A stretch of DNA of 64,000 nt from Candidatus Latescibacterota bacterium (GCA_965206595.1 OZ242214.1:2752001-2816000); one strand, 5' to 3'; positions 1 through 9,461 are shown, counted from the first letter of the stretch. Program-made: numbers and translations. The notes: a model not told the origin generated them from the letters alone.

Positions 1-312
1 ATTCTCGTATTCATCGTCGACTACGATGAAGGCTGCATATATTCGGTTCAGCTCGTCATGCCAAGCCAGCCAGATGCGGAAGTCGAGGTTGGAGGGATCA
101 CGAGGGATAAAATCATCATTGGTCTTGAAATCCAGCAGAGTCATGTTGGGTTCGCCGATCTCATACCATTCGTCGATAAATCCATCGTGTATATTGATCT
201 TTCTCAGCATTTCATCGGTAAGCTCGTAGAAGGGGTACAGGCGATTCCCGCTATGCGCTTCACCCAAGCTCGCAAAAATCAGGACGACAAGAAGTCCACT
301 AAGTACCTGCAT
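1..312 (-). CDS. Secreted hypothetical protein, 5' part (runs off window start); possible DOMON/CBM9-like fold
   Basis: Not in the ORF track; translated by hand: MQVLSGLLVVLIFASLGEAHSGNRLYPFYELTDEML...DPSNLDFRIWLAWHDELNRIYAAF. Open to base 1, with a signal-peptide-like start and a GGGGG RBS. Confidence 0.7.
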   Translation of the reverse strand, partial: MQVLSGLLVVLIFASLGEAHSGNRLYPFYELTDEMLRKINIHDGFIDEWYEIGEPNMTLLDFKTNDDFIPRDPSNLDFRIWLAWHDELNRIYAAFIVVDDEYEN

Positions 313-334
313 TGATTCCCCCTTGGGTTTCCAT

Positions 335-1219
335 TCAGAAGTCAACCAATCGAACCAGCCAGCCCCAAAAGGGCTCAGGACGGCTGGACAGGAAGCAATA
401 GTTATCCCCATCCGGTGACCATGACAGCTGCAAGTCACTTTCATGGGAAGGAAGCCGGGTTACCTTCGTTCCCTTCACGTAGACGCCTCCTATCCCATCT
501 CGGTTGGAGAGAAATGCAACCTCTCCCTTTGAAGTCCAAACCGGATTCCAGTCTTTCGCGAAATGGTTTGTCATTCTTGTAATCGTCCCATCTAAATCTG
601 CAATACAGATTTCCGGGTTACCGTAGCGGATGCACTCGAAGGCAATTCGAGTGCCTTCGGGCGACCACGCAGGACGAACATCCGGGCTGTCATGGCGGGT
701 GAGGTTGCGGAGACGGCCTTCTTGGTCCGCAAGATAGATTTCCATGTTGCTGTCTCGGTAGGTTGTAAAAGCAAGTAGGCCGTTCTTTGACCAAGCTGGA
801 AGAATTCCGTCCTGAATGATTTTCTTAATCTGGCCATCCTCAAGGTTCAAACTGAAGATATCGTACGACTCTGCCTCCTCCGCGCCACCCCCAAATGCGA
901 TCTCAGTGCTGTTGGGATGCCAGGACATGCCAAGGGTGAAGGTCAGTGGTGATGGCATAGGAATCGTTTTCAACCGGTCCCCATCAGTTGAGATAAGTTG
1001 AAATGCGTTATCCTGTCGATCATGGTAGAGGATGTGTTGGCCATCTGGAGACCAAATGGGGTTAAAAGCCCCAGAATCAGACAGTCGCCGAACCTGATCG
1101 TTAATTTTGCAATAAACACTCCCGCTTTCGTGCCCATCCACAGGAGATAGCAAGAGGAGCAAGAGAGGCCCTATTCTAACGAAGCCCTGTTTAATTCCCA
1201 TGGATTCGGAGAGGCCCAC
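335..1219 (-). CDS. TolB-like PD40/WD40 beta-propeller protein
   Basis: Repeated PxWSPDG/PAWSPEG motifs and a hydrophobic N-terminal segment. Confidence 0.85.
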   Translation of the reverse strand: MGLSESMGIKQGFVRIGPLLLLLLSPVDGHESGSVYCKINDQVRRLSDSGAFNPIWSPDGQHILYHDRQDNAFQLISTDGDRLKTIPMPSPLTFTLGMSWHPNSTEIAFGGGAEEAESYDIFSLNLEDGQIKKIIQDGILPAWSKNGLLAFTTYRDSNMEIYLADQEGRLRNLTRHDSPDVRPAWSPEGTRIAFECIRYGNPEICIADLDGTITRMTNHFAKDWNPVWTSKGEVAFLSNRDGIGGVYVKGTKVTRLPSHESDLQLSWSPDGDNYCFLSSRPEPFWGWLVRLVDF

Positions 1220-1410
1220 CTGAGTCGGACAACAACTGTTGGAAGCCAGCGATAAATTGCTTACCCTAGTGGCTTGGGTTCGACGGCCCCCTGCAACGGT
1301 CCAAACTTCCAGTCTATCTGTTTGCTAGCCGGGATTCCACCGAGATTCTCAAGCGCGTCGGGATAAGAGAATCCCGGTGGACGGACAACTGCCTTCCTCC
1401 ATTTAGTTCA

Positions 1411-1638
1411 TCACTGGTCACAACACCTGCATTGATAGCCGTTCCCGTAAAGCTCGGCATGAGAATGGCTATGACCCCAGCAGTGGTAGCCACACAGCCA
1501 TTGCTGTTGTACGGTTGTTTTGTGGCCGAAATATTCCAGAGATTCCGGAGGAGAGTGAGCACCAACGTAGGTAATGGCAGTTAGAGAGACTCCAATTGCC
1601 ATCAAAGCGCTAATTATGAGGCTTTTTCGGCGAATCAT
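1411..1638 (-). CDS. Small secreted Cys/His-rich peptide (75 aa)
   Basis: GAGGAGG RBS, ATG at 1638, signal peptide, mature part with CGYHC...CRCC. Confidence 0.6.
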   Translation of the reverse strand: MIRRKSLIISALMAIGVSLTAITYVGAHSPPESLEYFGHKTTVQQQWLCGYHCWGHSHSHAELYGNGYQCRCCDQ

Positions 1639-1764
1639 TACAACCTCCTCTTGGGAGAGAGAACCTTTGGGAATGTCGGGCGACAAGCCCAACAGCTTAG
1701 TAAGCAAGCTAATGAATCTGTTGATGGTTTTGCAAGGAAAAAAGACAAGGATACAAAAACCATG

Positions 1765-1810
1765 GTGAGGTTCCCCCGGTTTCCCGGGTGAGGTTCCCCC
1801 GGTTTCCCGG
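1765..1810. repeat. Perfect 2 x 23-bp tandem repeat GTGAGGTTCCCCCGGTTTCCCGG
   Basis: Copies read directly at 1765-1787 and 1788-1810. Confidence 0.95.
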
Positions 1811-1929
1811 AACTATTTTCAGAAATAAGACCGGGATCTGACCGGTCAGCCAGCTGCTTTCACGGGCGGCTGGCCTTCCTTCTGTTTGTGGCTATGGAGC
1901 TACACATTAACGGCATGACAAGGTTGCTC

Positions 1930-2274
1930 CTATTGCAGGAGCATAGAAATTGGCAATGCATATTCTGGCCCATGGCCTCCCATGAGGGGGATGCGGCATC
2001 GGGGATCACCCGGTCTGAGCAAGCCGTTGTCGCCGGTGTGAGGAGCAATGATGCGGTCTGGTCGACAAGGGGGCAAGGAGGAGGGCTGGGGAGTTCTCAG
2101 GGTTGCAGGCTGATCCATGCGCAAGATCCCTCCGTAGGAGGATACGGAGGGAAGGCTACGAGGAGGGTTGTCATCTTGCTGACCATCCGAGAAGATTCTC
2201 TCCATCCACAGGCTCAGTTCCGGGCGATGAAGATTTCTCCTACGGGAGAATATTATCGGGAGGAAACGGGTCAC
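1930..2274 (-). CDS. Hypothetical ORF overlapping the transposase stop (ATGA)
   Basis: 4-bp overlap with the IS1595 transposase; no recognisable domain; may be spurious. Confidence 0.25.
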   Translation of the reverse strand: MTRFLPIIFSRRRNLHRPELSLWMERIFSDGQQDDNPPRSLPSVSSYGGILRMDQPATLRTPQPSSLPPCRPDRIIAPHTGDNGLLRPGDPRCRIPLMGGHGPEYALPISMLLQ

Positions 2275-3296
2275 CGGGGGTCTGTAACCTTGCTGACTTT
2301 ACGGAAGGGTTCGCCCTCCTTCCATCGATGATGCGTGAAGGGAACCGGAGGGACCTCCGTGCTCACGAGGTCCCGGTGCGTCAGCCGTTTCCCTTCCAAG
2401 CCGGACACGAGGAGTTTTACCTTATCCAGGGTATCCATTCCTCGCAGATTGTGCCTGCCTGTGATTTCCTTGAGGTATCGGGGCAAATACTTGGGAGATA
2501 GGTGGCGATAGATGCCGTAGGTTCCCTTGATCTGAGAATTAAACGATTCAGCACGGTTCGTTCCGGCGTCCCCTCTGACGTATTGCCCTTTATTGTGGTT
2601 GACGACTTCGTGTCTTGCCGCCCATTGAAAATCGGAATAGGAAGGGAACTCGTCGGTGAAAAGGGTGCCTCCCCGGCGTAGGTGTTTCTTTACAAAAGCG
2701 GACAAGGTCTCCTCTGTCTTTTCGAGGATCACCTCGGCGGCTACCCTGCCGGTTTCCCGGTCGCACATTACGACCGCGATGCTGACGCCCTTCCGCCAGT
2801 TGCGGCCAAACTTCTTGTCGAAGTGCCTGTTTGGATCTTCTCCTCCGACATTGACTTCGTCTGCTTCAGCGACCTTGCAGTTGAGGCTTTCCGGTTCTTT
2901 CCACCCTTCCCGGATGCGCTGGAGCATGAACCATGCGCTTTTCTGCGTGATGCCGAGGTCCTCGGCAAGCAGCCGGCTGCTGATACCGTACGGCCGGGTC
3001 GAGTGCAGGTGAATTCCGACGACCCATGTCTGATAGGGAATCTTGGAGTTGGCTAACCTGGTTCTGGTGCGAACGCTGAAGTGTTTTCGACAGTCGCCAC
3101 ACCAGTAGGGCCTGTTCCCCCGGTTGCGGCAGGCGGTTATCCTGCCGCAGCAGTGGCAGTGCGGGCAGTATATGGAGACAGGAAGCCCGTCTACGGTCTT
3201 CCCCCATCTTTCCTCTTCGAACCATCTTTCTGCTGTGGCATCATCTGGAAACATATCGAATAAATCGATTAACGATAAACCTTTACCTTTCTTCAC
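2271..3296 (-). mobile_element. IS1595-family (ISXO2-like DDE) transposase
   Basis: N-terminal Zn ribbon CPHCHC...CGDC, HTH (GITQKSAWFMLQRIRE), catalytic EADE / TDE / TNRAESF motifs. Confidence 0.92.
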
Positions 3297-3405
3297 TTCG
3301 ATTACCTTCGGACCGTGGAATACCGTACTTGAGACCTGCGGCCCTCAAAAAACAGTGTGATTCACGCTCCCATAGGATTCCTTTCGCGTAGTAGTGGGAA
3401 GGTGA

Positions 3406-3427
3406 TCTGTCGGTGTTCACCGACAGA
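3406..3427. promoter_or_regulatory. Palindrome TCTGTCGGTG-TT-CACCGACAGA (operator-like, copy A)
   Basis: Perfect 10-2-10 inverted repeat about 110 bp upstream of the transposase; homologous copies at 5972 and 9696. Confidence 0.55.
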
Positions 3428-4068
3428 AAAGACTGGGGAAGCGGCAGCGGATTCCTGCCGGCTACCCCTATGAGTTACCCATTAGTGTACCTGGCTGAAC
3501 TAAAAAAGCAAATCGGACTTCTGGGGTGGATTCGACAAACGTCTGATGACGGCGGAAAACTTTAGTTATTGGAAGGAGGGAAAGCAGGAATGGCGGGGGA
3601 GGCAAGGAAGTCGGGGGCTCAGGTAGGCTCCGATGCAAGGGCGGTGAGCATCCAGCCGATTCCTTCAGGAGCTGGAGCCGGAGTGAGGTCTTTGCGGGCT
3701 GAGATCCTGGGGGGGGGGGGGGAGGGGATTGCGGGGCTGCAAGCCCGGTGTCGCTGGAGGTCTCAGTCTGGATCGGTGTGCCTGGGAAGTTCAGAAACTG
3801 CGGGGCGAGGGTGCCGCTGGGGGATAGGACGTGGTGACGCTGTTTCTCGACGGCAAGGGCTTCGCCGAGGAGGATACCGCCTGGGGCAACGACCTCACCA
3901 GGGCGGCGAGAGGAACAGCATGACCACGCTACTCGGCCTGACTACCCCGAGCAGAGGCAAGTGTCAGGAAATTACCATCACTGTACATGTTATACCAGAA
4001 AGGTGCGGAATTCGCGTTGCCCCCGGAAATGGGGGCAGGGTGGGTTTATCTATTTCTTCTTCTGATGT

Positions 4069-5085
4069 TCATTCTCTCAATAGTCCAATGCACTCCCGAG
4101 TTGCTGCTGAGCTAAACCCGGACTTAATAAGAGTTGCATTGTCTCTAATTGCCTGTGGGGTGTCGGTTGGCCAGTCTTCCTTATCTATTACAATTATCTT
4201 AGTACCATGTTTCAGTTGGCTCAACAAGATATACTCTATTTCTTCATCCCTAAATGAAAACCCAACAAAAATTACAATGTCAGTGTTTCGTGCAATATGG
4301 TTTAAATAATCATAAAACTTATCAAATGGATGTTCATGTGGTCGGCCTTTAAATCCAGGATATAGAACGGGGTGATTGTTAGAATCAAATCCCTCGTCTT
4401 GAACGCTGCAACATTGTATTACTCCATCTTTCCATTTCCAATCTACTGATCCATGCAGCTTTGTGAATAACCCTTTTTGTCCTAAACGAACAGGGGGAAT
4501 TACCCAATGCTTTGTATCCAAAATTACATAGTCCCCATTGTCATCCAATGTTCTGCCTCTTTCAAGGCTCTTTGTTAGGGTTTCTTTGTCTCCAGAAATT
4601 GCTCGATCAATAACCAAATCGTAATTAGTCGTAAAAATTTCCAATGGAGGAGATAAGGACATGAGATTCTTAAAAAATTCTGTCAAATACTTGGGAATTC
4701 TAAAATCACTTGGACAGTAAACTGAATTGATAGTCTTGCATATTATATCACGCAAACTTTGTAATTCATTAACAAATCCTGGTATCCTTCTAAACTCGTT
4801 ATTAGTGTGTAAATCATTGAAAAATGATCTCCATAAATGTCCTACAACTTTATCGCGATTATTTATATCTGAGAAATGATCGATAGCACTCTCAACTTCC
4901 CGCAATATTCGTTCAATATCGACGGGAATCTCCCTATCCATCTGCATATATTTTACAATTAGTGCATAGAATGAAGAGGTTTTTGCGCTGTCTGGCAAGC
5001 ATTTTTCGTAAAACTCCACCATAGTAGGAAACTTCTCTTCATCTATCGCCCGGGAGCAGCCAGCACCCACGAATAGCAAGATCAT
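4069..5085 (-). CDS. SIR2-like (SIR2_2) family protein, putative NADase defence effector
   Basis: LFVGAGCS, IFTTNYDL, KLHGSVDW and VGFSFRDE motifs; markedly AT-rich. Confidence 0.88.
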   Translation of the reverse strand: MILLFVGAGCSRAIDEEKFPTMVEFYEKCLPDSAKTSSFYALIVKYMQMDREIPVDIERILREVESAIDHFSDINNRDKVVGHLWRSFFNDLHTNNEFRRIPGFVNELQSLRDIICKTINSVYCPSDFRIPKYLTEFFKNLMSLSPPLEIFTTNYDLVIDRAISGDKETLTKSLERGRTLDDNGDYVILDTKHWVIPPVRLGQKGLFTKLHGSVDWKWKDGVIQCCSVQDEGFDSNNHPVLYPGFKGRPHEHPFDKFYDYLNHIARNTDIVIFVGFSFRDEEIEYILLSQLKHGTKIIVIDKEDWPTDTPQAIRDNATLIKSGFSSAATRECIGLLRE

Positions 5086-5119
5086 TGTTTTTTTCCTTTC
5101 TCCACAAGTTTTGGCGTGT

Positions 5120-5359
5120 TTATTCTCTGTCTCTAAGCAAATTTTGAACAGAAGTCACTTCCATCTTTTTCCCTTCCACATAGGCTCCGAGAAGGTCCGT
5201 GCTTCCCGTTTGAACGAAGTAATCTTCAAGAACAAGATAGAGCAACGCCCCAGCATCGTCTTTGAATGTTATTTCCGACACTCTATTATCTGGATGGGAA
5301 ACAATTATTGTTACTTCCGAGCCTGGATGCTTAATGCCTATTGCGGTTTTTGCTTCCAT
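5120..5359 (-). CDS. Hypothetical protein (79 aa) upstream of SIR2
   Basis: GGAGG RBS before ATG; co-oriented with the SIR2 gene, 34 bp away. Confidence 0.6.
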   Translation of the reverse strand: MEAKTAIGIKHPGSEVTIIVSHPDNRVSEITFKDDAGALLYLVLEDYFVQTGSTDLLGAYVEGKKMEVTSVQNLLRDRE

Positions 5360-5639
5360 TTCGGTTCCTCCTCCACATGGAATGAATGAATAAGTGCTCT
5401 CAACCTACTCCAACTTTTCCCGAGCCAGCGGTAATTTCCGGGTACGTGTAGCATCAGGAAATCGAAGTACCAAATACCAACTCTCTGGGCTCTTCCTTAT
5501 CAGTACTCAATATAGCTTCCATAGCTTCCAAACCTTTTCGGCGGCAAGGGGCACCGAGGGAAACAACCGGGGAATGCCTGATCCATAGCGCGATTTCGCC
5601 AAAAAACTTGGTATAACATAGTAGAGCAAGGCGTTTACT

Positions 5640-6215
5640 CCCCTCACCGCAGGATCTGGAACTGCCCGCTTTCCGCGATCCGAAGGACTGCATCCGAATC
5701 ACGGTTTCCAAACTCCCCCAAGCACCGCCGGCAGGCGATCCGGGAACCGACTTCCTCCTGTCGTTTCTCTGTTGCCCTAATCTCATATCACGCTGAATCC
5801 ATACCGAAAACAGCATAGTAGTGAGTCGACGCAGTTGCCGCTACCGGCTCGCTGAATTCTGGAACGGTATTTCCACCTTCCAATCCCGATTCTAACGGGG
5901 ACCCGAATTCCTGTCAACATTCCGCGCCGGCTGGGTTTCAGGACCGGCTCAAGGGCCGTTCTGTGTCCTTCTGTCGGTGTCCACCGAAAATCAACCACCC
6001 AAATGGAGAGAATGAAAGATGGAGCAAAATCAGCTAAAAAGGGCGAGAGACGCCCTTGGCATGAAGCAGTGGGAGCTGGGCATCGCCCTTGGTGTCAGTG
6101 AGGCCGAAGTGTGCCTGTGGGAGAAGGGGAAGCGAATGATGCCGGAAAGGTATCTCCGTCTCATGGGAGCGATCATCCACCACCAAGAGCGGGGCTTGAT
6201 CCTCTCCTACAAGGC
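5640..6215 (+). repeat. Inverted homologous module, copy 1 (non-coding leader + HTH gene)
   Basis: Colinear conserved blocks with the reverse complement of 9470-10046, e.g. GAAGGACTGCATCC, GAATCACGGTTTCC, GACGCAGTTGCCGCT, GGGCCGTTCTGTG. Confidence 0.9.
5972..5989. promoter_or_regulatory. Palindrome TGTCGGTG-TC-CACCGAAA (copy B)
   Basis: One mismatch from perfect; about 30 bp upstream of the HTH start. Confidence 0.55.
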
Positions 6216-6264
6216 ATCGCATCCAAGGAGAAAAGAGAAGGAAAATGGGAACCACTATCTGTGA
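6019..6264 (+). CDS. XRE/Cro-like helix-turn-helix protein (paralog 1)
   Basis: LKRARDALGMKQWELGIALGVSEAEVCLWEKGKR is a classic HTH_3 pattern; GGAGAG RBS. Confidence 0.88.
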   Translation: MEQNQLKRARDALGMKQWELGIALGVSEAEVCLWEKGKRMMPERYLRLMGAIIHHQERGLILSYKASHPRRKEKENGNHYL

Positions 6265-6487
6265 TATCTGCGACGGCGTCGTATCTGAAGACGACTTGCG
6301 CGGACAGCTCAAGGTCGGAACGGCCAGCATGGACGAGGGAAGGAAGTTCGATGTCTGCATCGAGTGTGTGCATGGCCTTACCTCAACATGCAGGAGGCTC
6401 GTTTCCTCGCCGTTCCGTCTGTTCCTGGACGACAATGGGAATGTTAAGGATACGCAAGCACCAACAGCCTTGCAGGAAGAAAAGTGA
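6245..6487 (+). CDS. Small CxxC...CxxC zinc-finger-like protein
   Basis: CDIC and CIEC motifs; AAGGA RBS; overlaps the end of the HTH gene. Confidence 0.65.
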   Translation: MGTTICDICDGVVSEDDLRGQLKVGTASMDEGRKFDVCIECVHGLTSTCRRLVSSPFRLFLDDNGNVKDTQAPTALQEEK

Positions 6488-6753
6488 TGCGGGGCCGCTA
6501 CGCTGGAAGAAGCCGGGAAGGATGAGGTTCTTGGCTTTGATCCCCATTTTCGGGGTGTCGAGTCCCACGGGAACCCTTCACCATCAATTAAGCACTCTGA
6601 GCAGGCAGGTCGGTTTCTATCCGGGCTATGCGGCTGTCCATGCTGTAGATCCTGGCCCTCATGTTGGAGCTGAAACCCCACTGGCTCCAATGATGACAAT
6701 CAGAACGCCCGAGATAACCAGAATATCCTTCCAGTTCAATCTGCCGTTCATCT

Positions 6754-8490
6754 TCACAAGCTACCGCTACGCAACTCGCCTCCTACGACTGTGGCGACAG
6801 GCTCAATCGTGTGGATTCTGTCTGTATCCATTTCGAACAGGTTTTCCGGAAGGACAATAAAGTCTGCGATCATCTTGGCCTTGATGGAGCCGATTCGTCC
6901 CTGCTGTCCGAGTTGTGCGGCACCGTTGACCGTATAGCCAGCAAGGGCCTGTGCCAGTGAGATTCTGGCATCCAGGGGCGGCATGATAGCGGCATCGACC
7001 TTCCCCGGTTCCTGTCGTGTCATACTCATTTCAATGCCGAGAAAGGGGCTCACCCTCAGCGGATTGTACACCACGTCGCTGGACAGGGTGACGTTGACCT
7101 GCTGGCGCATGAACTCCCCGACAGCCTGAGAGCGGGAGGCTCTCTCCGGTCCTACGTTAATCTCCTCTGCATCGCTGTACACCGTTCCGCCAAACCAGTG
7201 TGGAGTAAAGTCGGCGTGTACATCCAGCTCTTGAAAGCGCCCTATGTCGCTGTCGGCAACTGAGAACAGATGGCTTAGCGTGACCTCGATTCCCAAGGGA
7301 CGTGCCAGCATTATCTGAGCCTGTTCTACCGCGTCCAGGATGTTCCTGGTAGCCCGGTCGCCCGACGAGTGCAGGTGCAGATCGATATCCTCCCTATCCA
7401 GCTCCTGTACGAAGTCACTCAATCGCTGCGTAGTGAACAATACGCCGCCATAGTTATCAGGGTCGGTGGCATAGGGCTCCAGCATGGCGGCTGTAAGAAT
7501 GTCCGGCATCCCATCGTAGTGAATTTTGATGGTGTTGAACTGCAGCTTACCGTAGGCATACTGATCCCTCAGATGGAGCAGGGATTCGACTGCCGTATCA
7601 ATCTGATCCGGTGCCCATATGTGGTAAGAACCTTCCCAACGTAAGGGGAGGTTGCCTTCTCGTGCAATGTCGTGTGCTGCCTGATAGACCTTATCGTCCA
7701 TGTTAAAGTTGCCGGCATCCCACAGGGTTGTGATACCCTTGCTTGACATGTAGTTCAAGTATTTCAGCAGCCGTTCCTTCAGCTCGTCATCACCCGGTAC
7801 GAACTTGTCTCCGAAGTATGGCAGCAGGGCGAACTCCTTGACCCAGCCGGTAGGTTCGCCATTCTCGTCACGAACGAAATAAGACAGGTTCCTGCTGAGA
7901 TCCGGAGTGTTTCTATCGATGCCGAGCCACCGCAGGAAGGCGGAATTTACCCAATAGCTGTGTCCCGAATTGTCGTTCAAAATGATGGATCTCCGTTTGG
8001 AGATATTATCCAAGTCTCTCTTGTGCGGACCGTCAGGCAAGTAGGTGGAAAGATCCCATACTCCCTGTCTGATTACAAGGGTAAACGGGTTGTCGTCGGC
8101 GTACTGCTGTAGCCAGGATAACGTAGCCTCTTTTGGAGTGGACGGCATTCTGTCCGGAGGAACCCAGGTTTCGTCCAGAACCGACAAATTGCCTCCAGTG
8201 GCAATCAGGCCGGGATGAGTATGTGAATCGATTATACCCGGCATCACGAACTGATTCTTCAAGTCTACAACCTTGGCTCCCCCGGCGATGTATTGCATGG
8301 CTTCCTGAGTAGAGCCGCCGACGAAGATAATCCTGTCGCCTAATGTTACCAGGGACTCAGCCCAAGGTAGATCGGGGTCCTGCGTATAGATCCGTCCATT
8401 CAAATACACCGTTTGGACGGCTGGCTCGGAGGCTATAGCGGCTCCAGCGAACCCTACAACACAAGGCAACCATCTCATAAGGGTTGTCAT
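6754..8490 (-). CDS. Secreted amidohydrolase (Amidohydro_3, YtcJ-like)
   Basis: PGIIDSHTH, HLHSSGDRA, SSD, YTVNGA and GSIKAKMIADFIVL motifs; signal peptide. Confidence 0.9.
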   Translation of the reverse strand: MTTLMRWLPCVVGFAGAAIASEPAVQTVYLNGRIYTQDPDLPWAESLVTLGDRIIFVGGSTQEAMQYIAGGAKVVDLKNQFVMPGIIDSHTHPGLIATGGNLSVLDETWVPPDRMPSTPKEATLSWLQQYADDNPFTLVIRQGVWDLSTYLPDGPHKRDLDNISKRRSIILNDNSGHSYWVNSAFLRWLGIDRNTPDLSRNLSYFVRDENGEPTGWVKEFALLPYFGDKFVPGDDELKERLLKYLNYMSSKGITTLWDAGNFNMDDKVYQAAHDIAREGNLPLRWEGSYHIWAPDQIDTAVESLLHLRDQYAYGKLQFNTIKIHYDGMPDILTAAMLEPYATDPDNYGGVLFTTQRLSDFVQELDREDIDLHLHSSGDRATRNILDAVEQAQIMLARPLGIEVTLSHLFSVADSDIGRFQELDVHADFTPHWFGGTVYSDAEEINVGPERASRSQAVGEFMRQQVNVTLSSDVVYNPLRVSPFLGIEMSMTRQEPGKVDAAIMPPLDARISLAQALAGYTVNGAAQLGQQGRIGSIKAKMIADFIVLPENLFEMDTDRIHTIEPVATVVGGELRSGSL

Positions 8491-9086
8491 TCTCTTCTTC
8501 CTTCTCGGGAGGGGCGAAAAGAAACTCCACAGCTGTTTTACAGCCGAGTGGGGGTTTTTACAATCCAGTAGTCCACAAAATAGCTGTTTTCTTCAGAATC
8601 GAATTCAGGCGCATCTATGGCGACAGCGTGGGCGAAAGTGCCTCGGGGTTCATCCCCCTGACGCTGAAACAAGAGGTCGTCGTCCTCCCAGGCAAGGATC
8701 GAAATCAGAACACCGATCAGCAAAAATGCGATGGGACTGAACCCGTTGGGGGGCTTCCTCGGTCCCCGGCATGGAAAGAGGATGCGGAAGCCGAATCCGG
8801 GAATTCGGGAGAACTGCCGCGCCCTTCTTCCTTCCACCTTGGCAGGTAATCATGACGATTCTACCAGCTAAAGGATAGGCGGAACGAATTCCACCTACCC
8901 CTTGGTCGGCTCCCTACCGGCTGCGCCAGTGGTTCAAGACGATCTGAATACGGATTCGATTTTCTTTCTTGTTTCGTCCTTCATGGGGTTCCTTTCGGGG
9001 ACAGGTTGGCGCTTGCAGATCCAGGAGATCAGGAAGCTGGATAACGCGCGCATGGATCAGAGCGGGGGGGGTTCGGTCCACGGAGT

Positions 9087-9110
9087 GAAATGTCCAATTT
9101 TGGACATTTC
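9087..9110. promoter_or_regulatory. Perfect 24-bp palindrome GAAATGTCCAA-TT-TTGGACATTTC
   Basis: 11-2-11 inverted repeat in an intergenic region. Confidence 0.45.
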
Positions 9111-9298
9111 GTATTTCTCCGATGGCGAGGAGAGAGAATTAGTGGCAGAGGGAATCGAAGACGGGTTTTTGACGAATCGGCATAAATGCTGGAGTGCTCT
9201 TTCCGGCTCAAGAGCCTACGCTCGGGGGCATAGCTCAATAGACGGACAAGAGGCTCCAGCCAAGTGCCTTCCAGCCTGAACGATCCCCCCTGCCGCAA

Positions 9299-9457
9299 CT
9301 ATCCGTCATCGTCTCCAGTTCTCTTTTCTTCTTCGGGGTCTTCCTTCTCCTTCTCGCTGCACGGGATGCATATGTGCTGCTCCGGAGCGGGCCTGTAGAA
9401 CAGGTGCCAGGGCCTGATTTCCTGGCCGCATACGCAGCAGACGGGCTTGAATACCAT
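9299..9457 (-). CDS. Small CxxC...CxxC zinc-finger-like protein (52 aa)
   Basis: MVFKPVCCVCGQ...HICIPC; starts 4 bp after the stop of HTH paralog 2. Confidence 0.6.
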   Translation of the reverse strand: MVFKPVCCVCGQEIRPWHLFYRPAPEQHICIPCSEKEKEDPEEEKRTGDDDG

Positions 9458-9461
9458 CTTG

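Noticed and set aside
58-315. Plus-strand 85-aa ORF
   Set aside because: Antisense shadow of the minus-strand secreted protein starting at 312.
1260-1300. GGGTTCGAC T-loop-like sequence suggesting a tRNA fragment or att site
   Set aside because: No T-stem pairing, acceptor stem or CCA.
3569-4309. 246-aa plus-strand ORF spanning the G14 tract
   Set aside because: Low-complexity translation, overlaps SIR2 antisense, no domain.
4069-5085. Thoeris, SIR2-HerA or DSR assignment for the lone SIR2
   Set aside because: No TIR, SLOG/Macro or HerA gene nearby, and the protein is too short for DSR.
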